A DNA stretch of 64,000 bases from Clostridiales bacterium (GTDB taxonomy: Bacteria > Bacillota > Clostridia > Christensenellales > UBA1242): assembly GCA_918292005.1 (NCBI GenBank), contig CAKJZJ010000017.1, positions 5,051-69,050 of the forward strand, given 5' to 3'. A model generated the notes under the pieces. That model worked only from the letters and a program-made list of their open reading frames with translations, did not search any database and was not told the origin of the DNA. This document shows positions 28,878 through 39,650 of this stretch, piece after piece (position 1 is the first letter of the stretch; each line of letters begins with the position of its first letter). A program made the position numbers and the translations under genes.

Positions 28878-31133
28878 ATGATAGAGAATGAGAAACTACT
28901 AGAAAATCTAGAGAATTATTTCGGAAATTGGTTTGAGACTAGTGACGTGCCACATATGACTAAAAATCTATATCCATATAGTAGCATGTTTAGTCCTATT
29001 AGAGTCAATAGACTTACCATTAAAAATAGGCTAGTAATGGGACCAATGGGCAATATATCTATGTGTGAAGAGACGGGTAGACCTAATGATAAAATGCTCA
29101 AATATTTCGAAGAAAGAGCCAAGGGTGGTGTGGGGCTAATTACCACCGGACTTATCCCTGTGAGCCATGGCGTAGATCCGTCACTTACCGAGCCAGACAG
29201 ACTATCCTATTTCCCTAGGATAGATAGATCTAGAACCAATCTAGCAGGCTGGAGAGATTTATCTTATGCTTGTCATAGTTATGGTGCAACAATGTTTATT
29301 CAATTAACAGCAGGTCTGGGAAGGGTGGGCAATCCACAGTGTTTGGTTAATTCTCTAAAATTACCAGTGAGTGCATCGTGGAATTCCAATTTTTATATAC
29401 CACAGATACCTTGCAAAAGGCTCAGTACCTGTGCAATAAAGAAAATTGTGAAAAATATTGGTCAAGCCAGTGCAGATGCCAAAGCATGTAATATAGATGG
29501 TGTTTATCTGCATGGCCATGAAGGCTATTTGATGGAGCAATTAACCAATCCAGCATTCAATCGTAGAAAACTGGGTAGATATGCAAATTGGCAGGCATTT
29601 GGTATAGATTGTGTAAAGAAAATAAGGGAGAGATGTGGGGACAAATACCCTATAATGTATAGAATAGATCTGTCTCTAGCGCTCAATGCCACTTATGGCG
29701 AAAAAATGAAGACTATCAAAGCCCTGAAAAAATTTAGGAATGAGCGTAGAATAGCTGAAACACTAGACTACATGGTGAATCTAGTAAAAGCAGGTGTGGA
29801 TATATTTGACGTCGACCTAGGGTGTTATGATAATTGGTGGTTACCACATCCACCTACATCAATGCCATCGGGGTGTTACCTGGAAGTAAGCAAACTTGTC
29901 AAAGATTATTTCAAAGACCACGGGATTCTCTCTAATGCAGGAGTAGAAGTGCCAATAGTAGCAGTAGGCAAATTAGGCTATCCAGATCTAGCAGAGCAGG
30001 CATTGAGAGATGGTAAATGCGATATGATAATGCTCGCCAGACCTTTGCTTGCCGATCCAGACTGGCCTAAGAAAGCATATGCAGGAGAAGTAGGTAGTAT
30101 TAGACCATGTATAGGCTGTCACGAAGGCTGTATAAAAGAATTTGTAGATGGTGGTCATCCACAATGTGCAGTAAATCCTAGATGTGCATTTGAACATGAA
30201 TTGGGTAATATTCAGAAAGTAGATAATCCTAAAAAAGTGTGTGTAATAGGTGCAGGTCCTGCAGGTATTACCGCGACTGCTGTATTACTTGCCAAAGGAC
30301 ACAAGGTGGATTTAATAGAAAAAGCAAATCAAGTGGGTGGTAATGTTGATGTGGCAGGTGTGCCAAAAATCAAATATGAAGTGGAGAATTATAGACAATA
30401 TCTAATTGGCTGTGTAGAGAAATTTAAGGCTAATAAAAATTTCCATTTACAACTGGGCAAGTCTGCCGAAGCAAAAGATTTGCAGGGTAAATATGATGTA
30501 ATCATTACTGCTACTGGTACTACTATGGTAGGATTGCCAGTACATGGTATCAATAAACCTAATGTGGCTAGTGTTGTAGATGTCCTACGTAATCCTAAAA
30601 AACTAGAGCATGCAAAAAGAGTGGCTATAATAGGTGGCGGAGATAGTGGATGTGAATTGGCATATTATCTGAAATATGAACTTAATAAAGAGCCAATTAT
30701 TATTGAAATGCAGAAATACTTAATGAGTGAGAGCTGTACTGCTAATAGGGGGCATATATTACACTATCTGCAGAAAGCAGGGGTAAAGGCGTATAATTGT
30801 ACTAGTCTACTAGGTATCAATGATGATGGTACAATATCTATTAATCAGAATGTATCCAAGACTGTTCCCGATCCATACAATACGTGGCAACCGATATTGC
30901 CTGATAATATAGTAAATCCATTGGCACCTAAATTTAAAGAAGAACTAGAAGAAAAAGCAATAGAAGTCGACTACATAGTATTAGCATGTGGTACCAAATC
31001 TAATAATGAGATGTATTATGAATTGGTGAAAAACAACGCAGCCAAAGAAATATACAATGTGGGCGATAGCAATAAACCGGGCAAAATATTTGTTGCAACC
31101 AAAACGGCATATAGGGTGGCGATTAATATTTAA
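28878..31133 (+). CDS. Old-yellow-enzyme family NADH:flavin oxidoreductase (2-enoate-reductase-like)
   Basis: TIM-barrel HGHEGY, 4Fe-4S CIGCHEGC...CAVNP and two GxGxxG dinucleotide motifs. Confidence 0.85.
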   Translation: MIENEKLLENLENYFGNWFETSDVPHMTKNLYPYSSMFSPIRVNRLTIKNRLVMGPMGNISMCEETGRPNDKMLKYFEERAKGGVGLITTGLIPVSHGVDPSLTEPDRLSYFPRIDRSRTNLAGWRDLSYACHSYGATMFIQLTAGLGRVGNPQCLVNSLKLPVSASWNSNFYIPQIPCKRLSTCAIKKIVKNIGQASADAKACNIDGVYLHGHEGYLMEQLTNPAFNRRKLGRYANWQAFGIDCVKKIRERCGDKYPIMYRIDLSLALNATYGEKMKTIKALKKFRNERRIAETLDYMVNLVKAGVDIFDVDLGCYDNWWLPHPPTSMPSGCYLEVSKLVKDYFKDHGILSNAGVEVPIVAVGKLGYPDLAEQALRDGKCDMIMLARPLLADPDWPKKAYAGEVGSIRPCIGCHEGCIKEFVDGGHPQCAVNPRCAFEHELGNIQKVDNPKKVCVIGAGPAGITATAVLLAKGHKVDLIEKANQVGGNVDVAGVPKIKYEVENYRQYLIGCVEKFKANKNFHLQLGKSAEAKDLQGKYDVIITATGTTMVGLPVHGINKPNVASVVDVLRNPKKLEHAKRVAIIGGGDSGCELAYYLKYELNKEPIIIEMQKYLMSESCTANRGHILHYLQKAGVKAYNCTSLLGINDDGTISINQNVSKTVPDPYNTWQPILPDNIVNPLAPKFKEELEEKAIEVDYIVLACGTKSNNEMYYELVKNNAAKEIYNVGDSNKPGKIFVATKTAYRVAINI

Positions 31134-31197
31134 TATACAATACGGGCAAACAAAAAACGACTTGAGTAGTACAAGTCGTTTTTCTTTACTTATATTA

Positions 31198-31398
31198 TTA
31201 ATTGTTTTTACTTTCTTCGTTAGTTTGACCAGATTGACTATCTTTTTCAGCCTGTTGCATATCGCTGTCTAGTCTCTGCTCATACATTTCATCGCTCTTT
31301 TTAATGCGGAAATTCTCATAAGCGAATGAACCTGCAAATACCAATACGAATATAGCAATCATTATTGTGATGACGATATTAATTGACTTCTTAGACAT
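31198..31398 (-). CDS. Small single-TM membrane protein (66 aa)
   Basis: N-terminal hydrophobic helix, an RBS and a shared terminator near 31150-31185. Confidence 0.6.
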   Translation of the reverse strand: MSKKSINIVITIMIAIFVLVFAGSFAYENFRIKKSDEMYEQRLDSDMQQAEKDSQSGQTNEESKNN

Positions 31399-31631
31399 AA
31401 TATTTATCCCCTTGTTTGCTCATTTCGAGTCAGGTTTTATACCTTATTTTATGCAACTTGTGCAAATTTTACATATATATCATATAACAAAAAAATTCAA
31501 ATGTCAATATAGTTATTGAAATAATTTAACTTAATTCCTTGACTTTATGGGAAATTAGTTGGACAATTATTAGAGAAAATTTGTAATGTATTTATCGATT
31601 TTTGTGTATATTATATGGGGTGACAGGTATT

Positions 31632-33413
31632 ATGAAAAAAAGAAGTCAAATAGAAGAAAAATACAAATGGGATTTAACTCAGATATATTCCAGTGATGAT
31701 TTGTTATTAGCAGATATAGAAAAATTAAAGACATATCCCGAAAAATTGTCTGCATACAAAGGTAAATTGGGCAAGCCAAATAAGTGTCTGGAATTTTTGC
31801 AATTAGGCTCTGAATTGGGTAAATTAAGCGAAAAAATATCGGTGTATATTTTCTTGAGATTGTCCGAAAATCTAGAGAATACCAAATATATAGAATTGAA
31901 TTCGGTAGTTAGCACCATAGGTAAACATATATCGGTAGCATCATCTTTTGAAGAGTCCGAACTTATCGGTTATGGTGAAAAATATATTCGTAAATTGATG
32001 GCAGATGATAGATTTGCCGAATACAGAATGGGACTCAATAATTTCCTTAGAAATAAAGACCATATATTAGATGAGCGTGAAGAGATTATTGTCTCCAAGG
32101 CTATGAAATCTCTATCTGGCTACTCTGATGTATTTGATAATATAGACAATCTAGATCTGAAATTTGCCGATGCTCTAGATGGCAAGGGTAAAAAACATGA
32201 AGTAAATCAACACAATATGACCGAATTATTAGAGAGTAAGGATAGGACATTACGTTGTAATGCACAGAAATCAATTACCAATGCTTATCATTCTATGGGT
32301 AATACCATATCTGCCAATTATATTAGTTCGGTAGAAGGTGACTGGTTTGTATCAGATATATATAGATATGATTCTGTCCTAGGTAATGAATTATTCGGAG
32401 AGAATATACCCAAACTGGTGTATGAGAAATTACTTGCCAATGTCAATAATAATCTAAAGTCTATGCATAGATTTTATGCTCTAAAAAAGAAAGCATTGGG
32501 ATACAAAGATTTTTATTTCTACGATAGAATGGTGTCTATATGTAATCACAAAAGCAGTATGAAGTATTCTCAAATGTGTGACTTGGTTTTACGTGCTTTA
32601 GGAGTATTAGGTCAAGACTATGTAGATGGGCTAAAGACTGCTATGGATAATAGATGGATAGATGTATATCCATGTGAGAAAAAAGAGAGTGGTGGTTTCT
32701 GTTGTAATATGTATGAACCACATCCATATGTGTTGCTGAATACTGTAGAAGATAGTTCTAGCGTGTACACACTAGCACATGAATTGGGACATGCCATGCA
32801 CGGTGTGTTTAGTAGAAAAAATCAACCATATGAATTATATGACCATACAATATTTTTAGCAGAGATAGCCAGTACCGTAAATGAAGTATTACTTTTCAAA
32901 TATTTATACAATCATGCAGAGAGTAAAAAAGAGAAACTATCACACCTAGAGAAATATATTAGCAATATTATCGGAACAATATATAGACAAACACTCTATA
33001 GTGAATTTGAATATTTTGCTCACACTCTGGTAGAAAAAGGTGAACCAATATCTAAAGACATTCTGAATGCTAAATATAAATCTCTGACACAGAAATATTA
33101 TGGCAAGGGGGTAAAATTAATCAAAGAAGATCTAGGTGAAGACTGGATGAGAATACCACATTTCTATAGAGCGTATTATGTATATAAATATGCTACCGGT
33201 ATGACTAGTGCGATTAATTTTGCTAGAACAATTTATAATGGTGTAGATGGCGCAGTAGATAGGTACAAATCATTCTTAAGTTCTGGCACGTGTGACTATT
33301 CGATTAATATATTACGTAATGCAGGAGTAGATCTCACGACTGATGAGCCATACAGGGTTATGAATGAAGAATTGACCTGGGCTTTGGATGAATTTGAGAA
33401 ATTAATAAAATAA
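31632..33413 (+). CDS. pepF: Oligoendopeptidase F (M3B)
   Basis: KYKWDL, WIDVY, HELGH zinc motif, AEIAST, WMRIPHFY and YVYKYATG. Confidence 0.92.
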   Translation: MKKRSQIEEKYKWDLTQIYSSDDLLLADIEKLKTYPEKLSAYKGKLGKPNKCLEFLQLGSELGKLSEKISVYIFLRLSENLENTKYIELNSVVSTIGKHISVASSFEESELIGYGEKYIRKLMADDRFAEYRMGLNNFLRNKDHILDEREEIIVSKAMKSLSGYSDVFDNIDNLDLKFADALDGKGKKHEVNQHNMTELLESKDRTLRCNAQKSITNAYHSMGNTISANYISSVEGDWFVSDIYRYDSVLGNELFGENIPKLVYEKLLANVNNNLKSMHRFYALKKKALGYKDFYFYDRMVSICNHKSSMKYSQMCDLVLRALGVLGQDYVDGLKTAMDNRWIDVYPCEKKESGGFCCNMYEPHPYVLLNTVEDSSSVYTLAHELGHAMHGVFSRKNQPYELYDHTIFLAEIASTVNEVLLFKYLYNHAESKKEKLSHLEKYISNIIGTIYRQTLYSEFEYFAHTLVEKGEPISKDILNAKYKSLTQKYYGKGVKLIKEDLGEDWMRIPHFYRAYYVYKYATGMTSAINFARTIYNGVDGAVDRYKSFLSSGTCDYSINILRNAGVDLTTDEPYRVMNEELTWALDEFEKLIK

Positions 33414-33465
33414 TATAGCGACACATATAAGTGTCGCTTTTTGTTTGTTATATATAGAGTTTGTG

Positions 33466-34275
33466 TCAATTAATTGTATTCATTTGCCAAATACTATATT
33501 CTTTTTCAAAATCTTGTCGATACGTTTCTCCAATGGTATTCTGGTATTGGTCGAATGTTTGTGCAAATTTTTGTTGTGTTGAATTGGTTATATTTGCCAT
33601 GTGTTTTTCGTATTTTTCTATATTGTCCTGTATCATTTGTTTTTTAATGTTTTGTAGTGATTCATCGTGTTTATCTGGCAGAGTGGTATGGATATTATGA
33701 ACCATATTTATGAGCTCTATTTCTGATAGTTTAGTTAGCCTTAGTATATCTACCCCAGGGTGGTTTTCATGTAGTCTTTTTACCAATTTATATTTATTGA
33801 TATCTCCTACGCCATTAGTGATTTTTTCGTCGTACATGTCTCGATCTTCGTAGTTTTCACATACGGCACATAGTATTTCTTTTTGTCTAAGGTAATTGTA
33901 GACATGCTCGACTATATGAACGTCGAGTGCCTGTGTGAGTCCGTCTATTACTGTAATGTTTACAGCATTATTTTTATCATCTACATCTATAAATCCACAT
34001 CTAGCACACTGGTCCATAAAATCGGTGGTTGCTGTGGCTATGTCTAGTCCAGTGTAGTCTAGATCGGATAGAACTATCGCTGCATCTTCGTTGAGTGCTT
34101 TGCTACTAACGACTTTGTAGTTTTTATCACACAGAAATTCTACCCTAGGATTTATCTCTATCATTATGTAATTATAATCTCTGGCTGTAATGCCTAATAC
34201 TATTATTAGTGTTACAGCACATGAGATTATAAAAACTACGAATGCCAGTGCTATAATTGTTTGTTTTTTTTCCAT
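33466..34275 (-). CDS. Membrane protein with RsgI-like extracytoplasmic domain
   Basis: TM helix followed by YIMIEINPRVEF...VVSSKALNEDAAIVL. Confidence 0.7.
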   Translation of the reverse strand: MEKKQTIIALAFVVFIISCAVTLIIVLGITARDYNYIMIEINPRVEFLCDKNYKVVSSKALNEDAAIVLSDLDYTGLDIATATTDFMDQCARCGFIDVDDKNNAVNITVIDGLTQALDVHIVEHVYNYLRQKEILCAVCENYEDRDMYDEKITNGVGDINKYKLVKRLHENHPGVDILRLTKLSEIELINMVHNIHTTLPDKHDESLQNIKKQMIQDNIEKYEKHMANITNSTQQKFAQTFDQYQNTIGETYRQDFEKEYSIWQMNTIN

Positions 34276-34396
34276 ATCTGATACCGAAATTTTTCTTTTA
34301 TCTTTTGCAAAAAGGTTTTATTTATGTGTAATATAAATTATTTTGTTAGTTGTCTATTTTGTGGTACAATGTTTTTAAAAAATAGGTAGGTGTGAT

Positions 34397-35245
34397 ATGG
34401 CATTGGTTTTGAATGGAAAATTGCTTGCTCAGGCTACAGAAGAAGATTTAAAAATTCGTGTGGAAAAAGTTAAGGAAAAACTGGGATATACACCAGTGCT
34501 TGCCACCATTCTAGTGGGGGATAATCCTGCTTCGGTAACTTATGTTAATATGAAAGCAAAAGCATGTGAAAGAATAGGAATGGGTTCGCAGATAGTGAGA
34601 CTTGCAGAGACCACAACTACCCAGGAATTATTGGACGTTATAGATACACTCAATAATGATGTAAAAGTGTGTGGAATACTTCTTCAACACCCTGTACCTA
34701 AGCAAATAGATGAGCGTGCATGTTTCGATAGAATATTACTATCCAAAGATGTTGATGGAGTAAATTCTCAATCGTATGGTCTAATGTCCATGGGTAGAGA
34801 TGCTTATGTGTCGGCTACACCATTTGGTATTATGAGAATTTTGAAACATTACGGAATAGAACTTGCTGGCAAACATGCTGTAGTTGTGGGAAGATCTGCC
34901 ATTTTAGGCAAACCAGTTGCGATGCTGCTACTCAATGAGAATTGTACTGTCACAATATGCCATAGCAAAACAAAAAATTTGCCCGATATAGTCCGTACGG
35001 CAGATATAGTTGTGGGTGCAGTGGGCAAACCTAAGTTTATCCAGAGTGACTGGGTAAAAGATGGGGTGGTTTTAGTAGATGCTGGCTATAATCCTGGTAA
35101 CATCGGAGATATAGATTTGGAAAATTGTATCAATAAATGTTCTGCCTACACTCCTGTGCCAGGTGGAGTAGGACCAATGACTATCAATTCACTTATTTTA
35201 CAAACGGTTATGTCTGCTGAAAAACTAGCGAATGATGAGAGATAA
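34397..35245 (+). CDS. folD: Bifunctional methylene-THF dehydrogenase/cyclohydrolase
   Basis: [20 protein letters not shown] and [11 protein letters not shown] motifs. Confidence 0.95.
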   Translation: MALVLNGKLLAQATEEDLKIRVEKVKEKLGYTPVLATILVGDNPASVTYVNMKAKACERIGMGSQIVRLAETTTTQELLDVIDTLNNDVKVCGILLQHPVPKQIDERACFDRILLSKDVDGVNSQSYGLMSMGRDAYVSATPFGIMRILKHYGIELAGKHAVVVGRSAILGKPVAMLLLNENCTVTICHSKTKNLPDIVRTADIVVGAVGKPKFIQSDWVKDGVVLVDAGYNPGNIGDIDLENCINKCSAYTPVPGGVGPMTINSLILQTVMSAEKLANDER

Positions 35246-35558
35246 GTTGACTCTGTATTTTGTCTAAAGTTTCACAGATTTTATCCAATTGTGTGTTGTT
35301 TAAATTATAGGTATAGATATTGTTTTTTACGGCATTATCTATATCTTTTTTTAGTATAATAAATGCATCATCGTACATGCCATTTTCTTTTATTTTTTCT
35401 AGGCATAAATCCCTTAGTTTTATGGCTATATTACTTGCATTATTTAGTCTTTCTGTATCAATGTTTAGATTAATTATAATCATACTTTTGCACTTGAGCA
35501 AAATGCGACTAATCTCTATATAATTGTCTAGTAGTTTTAGTTTCTCTTTATATCTCAT
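35208..35558 (-). CDS. Hypothetical protein (116 aa)
   Basis: AGGTGG RBS before ATG 35558. Its 3' end overlaps the folD 3' end. Confidence 0.55.
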   Translation of the reverse strand: MRYKEKLKLLDNYIEISRILLKCKSMIIINLNIDTERLNNASNIAIKLRDLCLEKIKENGMYDDAFIILKKDIDNAVKNNIYTYNLNNTQLDKICETLDKIQSQLISHHSLVFQQT

Positions 35559-35687
35559 AATCCACCTATGTATTGTATATGTTGGCGACACAATGGATTG
35601 TGAATACTGAATGCTCCAATATCACCTACATTGCTTGACAATTTACGCTTTATTTAGATATAATCTAAATAATAAAACTACGAAGGT

Positions 35688-36434
35688 GTGCACAACGTGA
35701 AAAAAAGTATATATCGGTGTTTCTTTAAAAGGCTTTTCGATGTAGTATGTTCATTTCTGGCGATTATAATATTGTCGCCAATTTTTTTGCTAACTATAAT
35801 ACTATCGGAAATATTTATAGGTGGTAATGTTTTCTTTAAACAATACAGACCGGGCAAAAATGGTAAAATTTTTCCACTTGTTAAATTTCGCTCCATGACG
35901 AATAAAAAAGACAAAGATGGAAATTTGCTACCCGATAAAGATAGAATTACCTGGTGGGGTAAGGTTATTAGGAAAACTAGCATAGATGAATTACCACAAT
36001 TATTTAATATTTTAGTCGGACATATGAGTTTTATAGGTCCAAGACCTAGAATGGTAGAAGAATGTGTCTTTCTAGATGAAACCCAGCAAGACAGATTTCG
36101 TGTAACCCCAGGTATTACTGGATGGGCTCAGGTGCATGGTAGAAATACGATTACTTTTGATAAAGTTGTTGAGTATGATAAATATTACGTAGAGCATATT
36201 TCTCTATGGCTAGACATCAAGATATTCTTTATGACTATAGGATACGTGTTTAAAAGGAAAGGTATTAATAAAGAAGGCACGGTATCTAATGAATTTCATG
36301 GAGACTATTTGCTTCGTACCGGCCAAATAGAAAAAGATTATTATGATGAAAAAATCGCTCAGGCAAAAGAGATGATTGCAGAAGCAAAAGATAAAAAATA
36401 CAAAAAGAACAAAAAGAGAGTAGATAATGTTTAG
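35688..36434 (+). CDS. Priming sugar-1-phosphate transferase (EpsL/PglC-like)
   Basis: KRLFD, KFRSM, RKTSIDELPQL, GHMSFIGPRP and PGITGWAQV motifs. Confidence 0.9.
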   Translation: MHNVKKSIYRCFFKRLFDVVCSFLAIIILSPIFLLTIILSEIFIGGNVFFKQYRPGKNGKIFPLVKFRSMTNKKDKDGNLLPDKDRITWWGKVIRKTSIDELPQLFNILVGHMSFIGPRPRMVEECVFLDETQQDRFRVTPGITGWAQVHGRNTITFDKVVEYDKYYVEHISLWLDIKIFFMTIGYVFKRKGINKEGTVSNEFHGDYLLRTGQIEKDYYDEKIAQAKEMIAEAKDKKYKKNKKRVDNV

Positions 36435-37545
36435 TGGTAAAAAAATAATGTTGGTTGCAACAACAGACAATATGATATGGCAGTTTTTATTGCCACATAT
36501 AAACTATATGATTAAGGCCGGCAATACTGTGGACTGCTATTGTACGAAGACTGGCTTTTGGTTTGATGATATGAAAGAAAAGTATGGTCTAAACGTCATA
36601 GATATTCCATTCACACGTAGTCCATTTAGTATCAAAAATATTAAAGGATACAATCAGTTGGTTGCTAATGAAAAAGATAAAAAGTATGACCTTGTGTATT
36701 GCCAACAGCCAGTTGGTGGCGTAATGGGTAGACTTATTGCCAAAAAGTTCAAGATACCATGTATATATACTGCACACGGTTTTCATTTTTACAAAGGTTG
36801 CCCTTTGATGTACAAGTTGCTTTTTAAGCCTGTAGAGAAGTATTGTGCGAAGTATACTACAGCACTGGTTACCATGAATGAGGAAGACTACCAGAATGCA
36901 CAAAAATTCAAAGCAAAGAAAGTATACAAAATTAATGGTATAGGTGTAGATTTATCTAAATATAAAAAGAATGAAAAATTAGATGCCAAGGCTTTTAGGG
37001 CTCAATTTGGTATTGCTCCAGATGACTTTGTAATAACATCTATCGGTGAATTGAATAAAAATAAAAACACATTACGTCTAATAGATGTAATGTCCCAGAT
37101 ATCTAATCCCAAGATTAAATATCTCATTTGTGGTCAGGGGCCATTAAAAGAAGATTATGAAAAAGCAATAGCAAAATACAATCTGCAGGATAGGGTAAAA
37201 ATGTTGGGGTTTAGAAAAGACATTCCAGATATACTGACTATCACTGACTTGTATATAATGCCATCTTATCGTGAGGGGTTACCTAAATCCATGATGGAGG
37301 CTATGTGTTATGGATTACCAGTGGTTGCATCCAAAATTCGTGGCAATATGGATTTGATCGGTGAGAACGAAGGTGGAATATTATTTGACCCAACTCGTAA
37401 TGCAGAGATTATAGATAGTATTATGCAGATTTATGAAGATAAAGCTCTTAGAAACAAATTTTCAAAAAGAAATGCCGAGTTTATCAAAAATTATGATACT
37501 TCGGTAGTTATAGACCAATTAGAAAAAATTTATGAAGAAATGTAA
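36427..37545 (+). CDS. GT4 family glycosyltransferase
   Basis: YTAHGFHF and PSYREGLPKSMMEAM (EX7E) motifs. Confidence 0.9.
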   Translation: MFSGKKIMLVATTDNMIWQFLLPHINYMIKAGNTVDCYCTKTGFWFDDMKEKYGLNVIDIPFTRSPFSIKNIKGYNQLVANEKDKKYDLVYCQQPVGGVMGRLIAKKFKIPCIYTAHGFHFYKGCPLMYKLLFKPVEKYCAKYTTALVTMNEEDYQNAQKFKAKKVYKINGIGVDLSKYKKNEKLDAKAFRAQFGIAPDDFVITSIGELNKNKNTLRLIDVMSQISNPKIKYLICGQGPLKEDYEKAIAKYNLQDRVKMLGFRKDIPDILTITDLYIMPSYREGLPKSMMEAMCYGLPVVASKIRGNMDLIGENEGGILFDPTRNAEIIDSIMQIYEDKALRNKFSKRNAEFIKNYDTSVVIDQLEKIYEEM

Positions 37546-37550
37546 TTGAC

Positions 37551-38846
37551 ATGGAAAAAGAAAAGAAAAAAGTCCTGATTAATAATACGATAATGATGTA
37601 CATACTCAGTATAGCCAAATTAGTTATACCACTTATTTCATTACCATATCTCACGAGAGTATTATCCGTAGAGTGCTATGGTAGTGTGGCTTATGCTAGA
37701 AGTATTGTTTCCTATATGCAGATACTTATTGACTTTGGTTTTATATTATCTGCAACAAAAGATATTGTAAACATAATTAAAAAGAAAAAGTCTCCATCTA
37801 TTATCATTGGAGACACTATGTATGCTCAATTACTATTGTGTGTAATTGCCACGATAGTGATGGTAATTATGTGTTTCTGTATGGATATACTGAAAGGCTA
37901 TGAATTATTTGCTATTCTTACATTGATTCCATCAATTATGTCTATCTTTCTGTTTGAATATGTGTTTAGAGCATACGAAAAGATGGATAAGATTGCCATT
38001 AGATATGTTATAGCCAGGGTAATATCACTAATACTAGTATTGATATTTGTTAAATCCGATTCAGACATATATCTGATGCCAATATTTGATTGTATTGCAG
38101 TATTTGTGGCAATACTTCTAGTGTCAGTGCAAATGAAAAAATTAGGAGTACATATCAGCTTTAATCTCAAAAGATTTCTACCAGCACTGAGAGTTATAAA
38201 AGAATCTTTTATATTCTTTTTGTCAGATTTTGCCACGACGGCTTTCTCTGCTCTAAATACATTGTTAATAGGTATATTCTTAACAAAGACTGATGTGGCA
38301 TATTGGGCAGTGGCTTTACAATTAGTGAGTGCTATTCAGGCACTGTATACGCCTATTACCAATAGTGTTTTCCCAACAATGTTAAAAGAAAAAGAACTAA
38401 AAATTGTGCACAGAATAATGCTAATATATATGCCACTGATTTTCATTGGTTGTGGACTAGTTGTATTATTGGGCGACTGGGCTGTAGTTCTTGTATTGGG
38501 TGATAATTATCTCATGTCTTCTACATTACTCAAATATCTCATTCCGGTACTCATAGCATCATTCCCGGGACTACTATATGGGTGGCCATGTTTGGGGGCT
38601 ATAAATAAACAAGGAACAAATACGATGGCTACTTTTGTTGCAGCATTATTTCAGACATTCGGTATAGGGGTATTACTCATGATAGGTCAATTTAATTTAC
38701 TCGCTATCTGTATAGTAAGGGGATTTACCGAATTTGTATTGGCAGGATATAGGGTAATAGCTGTTTACAAAAACAAGCATTTGTTTGTTGGTGGAGAAAA
38801 AAACACAGAGATTAATGAAACTAATGTAAATGAGATGGAAGTTTAA
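37551..38846 (+). CDS. Wzx-type oligosaccharide flippase
   Basis: PYLTRVLSVECYG and DFGF motifs, with many TM segments. Confidence 0.85.
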   Translation: MEKEKKKVLINNTIMMYILSIAKLVIPLISLPYLTRVLSVECYGSVAYARSIVSYMQILIDFGFILSATKDIVNIIKKKKSPSIIIGDTMYAQLLLCVIATIVMVIMCFCMDILKGYELFAILTLIPSIMSIFLFEYVFRAYEKMDKIAIRYVIARVISLILVLIFVKSDSDIYLMPIFDCIAVFVAILLVSVQMKKLGVHISFNLKRFLPALRVIKESFIFFLSDFATTAFSALNTLLIGIFLTKTDVAYWAVALQLVSAIQALYTPITNSVFPTMLKEKELKIVHRIMLIYMPLIFIGCGLVVLLGDWAVVLVLGDNYLMSSTLLKYLIPVLIASFPGLLYGWPCLGAINKQGTNTMATFVAALFQTFGIGVLLMIGQFNLLAICIVRGFTEFVLAGYRVIAVYKNKHLFVGGEKNTEINETNVNEMEV

Positions 38847-38945
38847 AATAGATGTAATAATGATAAGATTTGTTTCGTCATGAAATACAATTAGATAGTC
38901 AATAGTTTACTTTTCATCATAAACTAAATACAAGGTGGTAAGGTA

Positions 38946-39650
38946 ATGTATAAAAACTTAAAAAAGATGCCTACACATATTGCTTTTATTCTAGATGGCA
39001 ATGGTAGATGGGCAAAAGAACGTGGGTTGCCTAGGTCAATGGGACACAAGGCAGGACTAGACAATTTAAAAAAGATATTGAAAGAGTGTTTTTACAAATG
39101 TGATATTCCATATGTGAGCATATATGCATTCTCTACAGAGAATTGGAATAGACCACAAAAAGAAATAGACTTTATCACAGGACTTGCTAAAAACTTTTTC
39201 GTTGATAGATTTTTAAAGAATTTTCCAGGCGTTAGACTAAATATCATGGGAGATTATACCAAATTCCCTAGTAATGTAGTAAAAATGGCAGAAGACACTA
39301 TCAATGCCACCAAGAAAAATACTAAATATGTACTTAATCTAGGTGTAAATTATAGTGGTCAAGATGAAATAGTGCATGCTATCAATGGCATTATTGCCGA
39401 TGGCATACAGAGCGTAGATAGAGATACTGTGGAGAAGTATTTATACACAGCAGGTCAGCCACCAGTAGACTTGCTGGTTAGGTCTAGCGGTGAGCAGAGA
39501 CTCAGCAATTTTATGCTATGGCAATTAGCATATGCAGAGTTTTATTTTTCCAATGTTATGTGGCCTGCTTATGATAAAAAAGAATTTCTAAAATCCCTTA
39601 TCGATTACCAGAATCGAGATAGGCGATTTGGTGGTATAAAGGAGCAATAA
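38946..39650 (+). CDS. uppS: Undecaprenyl diphosphate synthase
   Basis: HIAFILDGNGRWA, FSTENWNR and RSSGEQRLSNF motifs. Confidence 0.93.
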   Translation: MYKNLKKMPTHIAFILDGNGRWAKERGLPRSMGHKAGLDNLKKILKECFYKCDIPYVSIYAFSTENWNRPQKEIDFITGLAKNFFVDRFLKNFPGVRLNIMGDYTKFPSNVVKMAEDTINATKKNTKYVLNLGVNYSGQDEIVHAINGIIADGIQSVDRDTVEKYLYTAGQPPVDLLVRSSGEQRLSNFMLWQLAYAEFYFSNVMWPAYDKKEFLKSLIDYQNRDRRFGGIKEQ

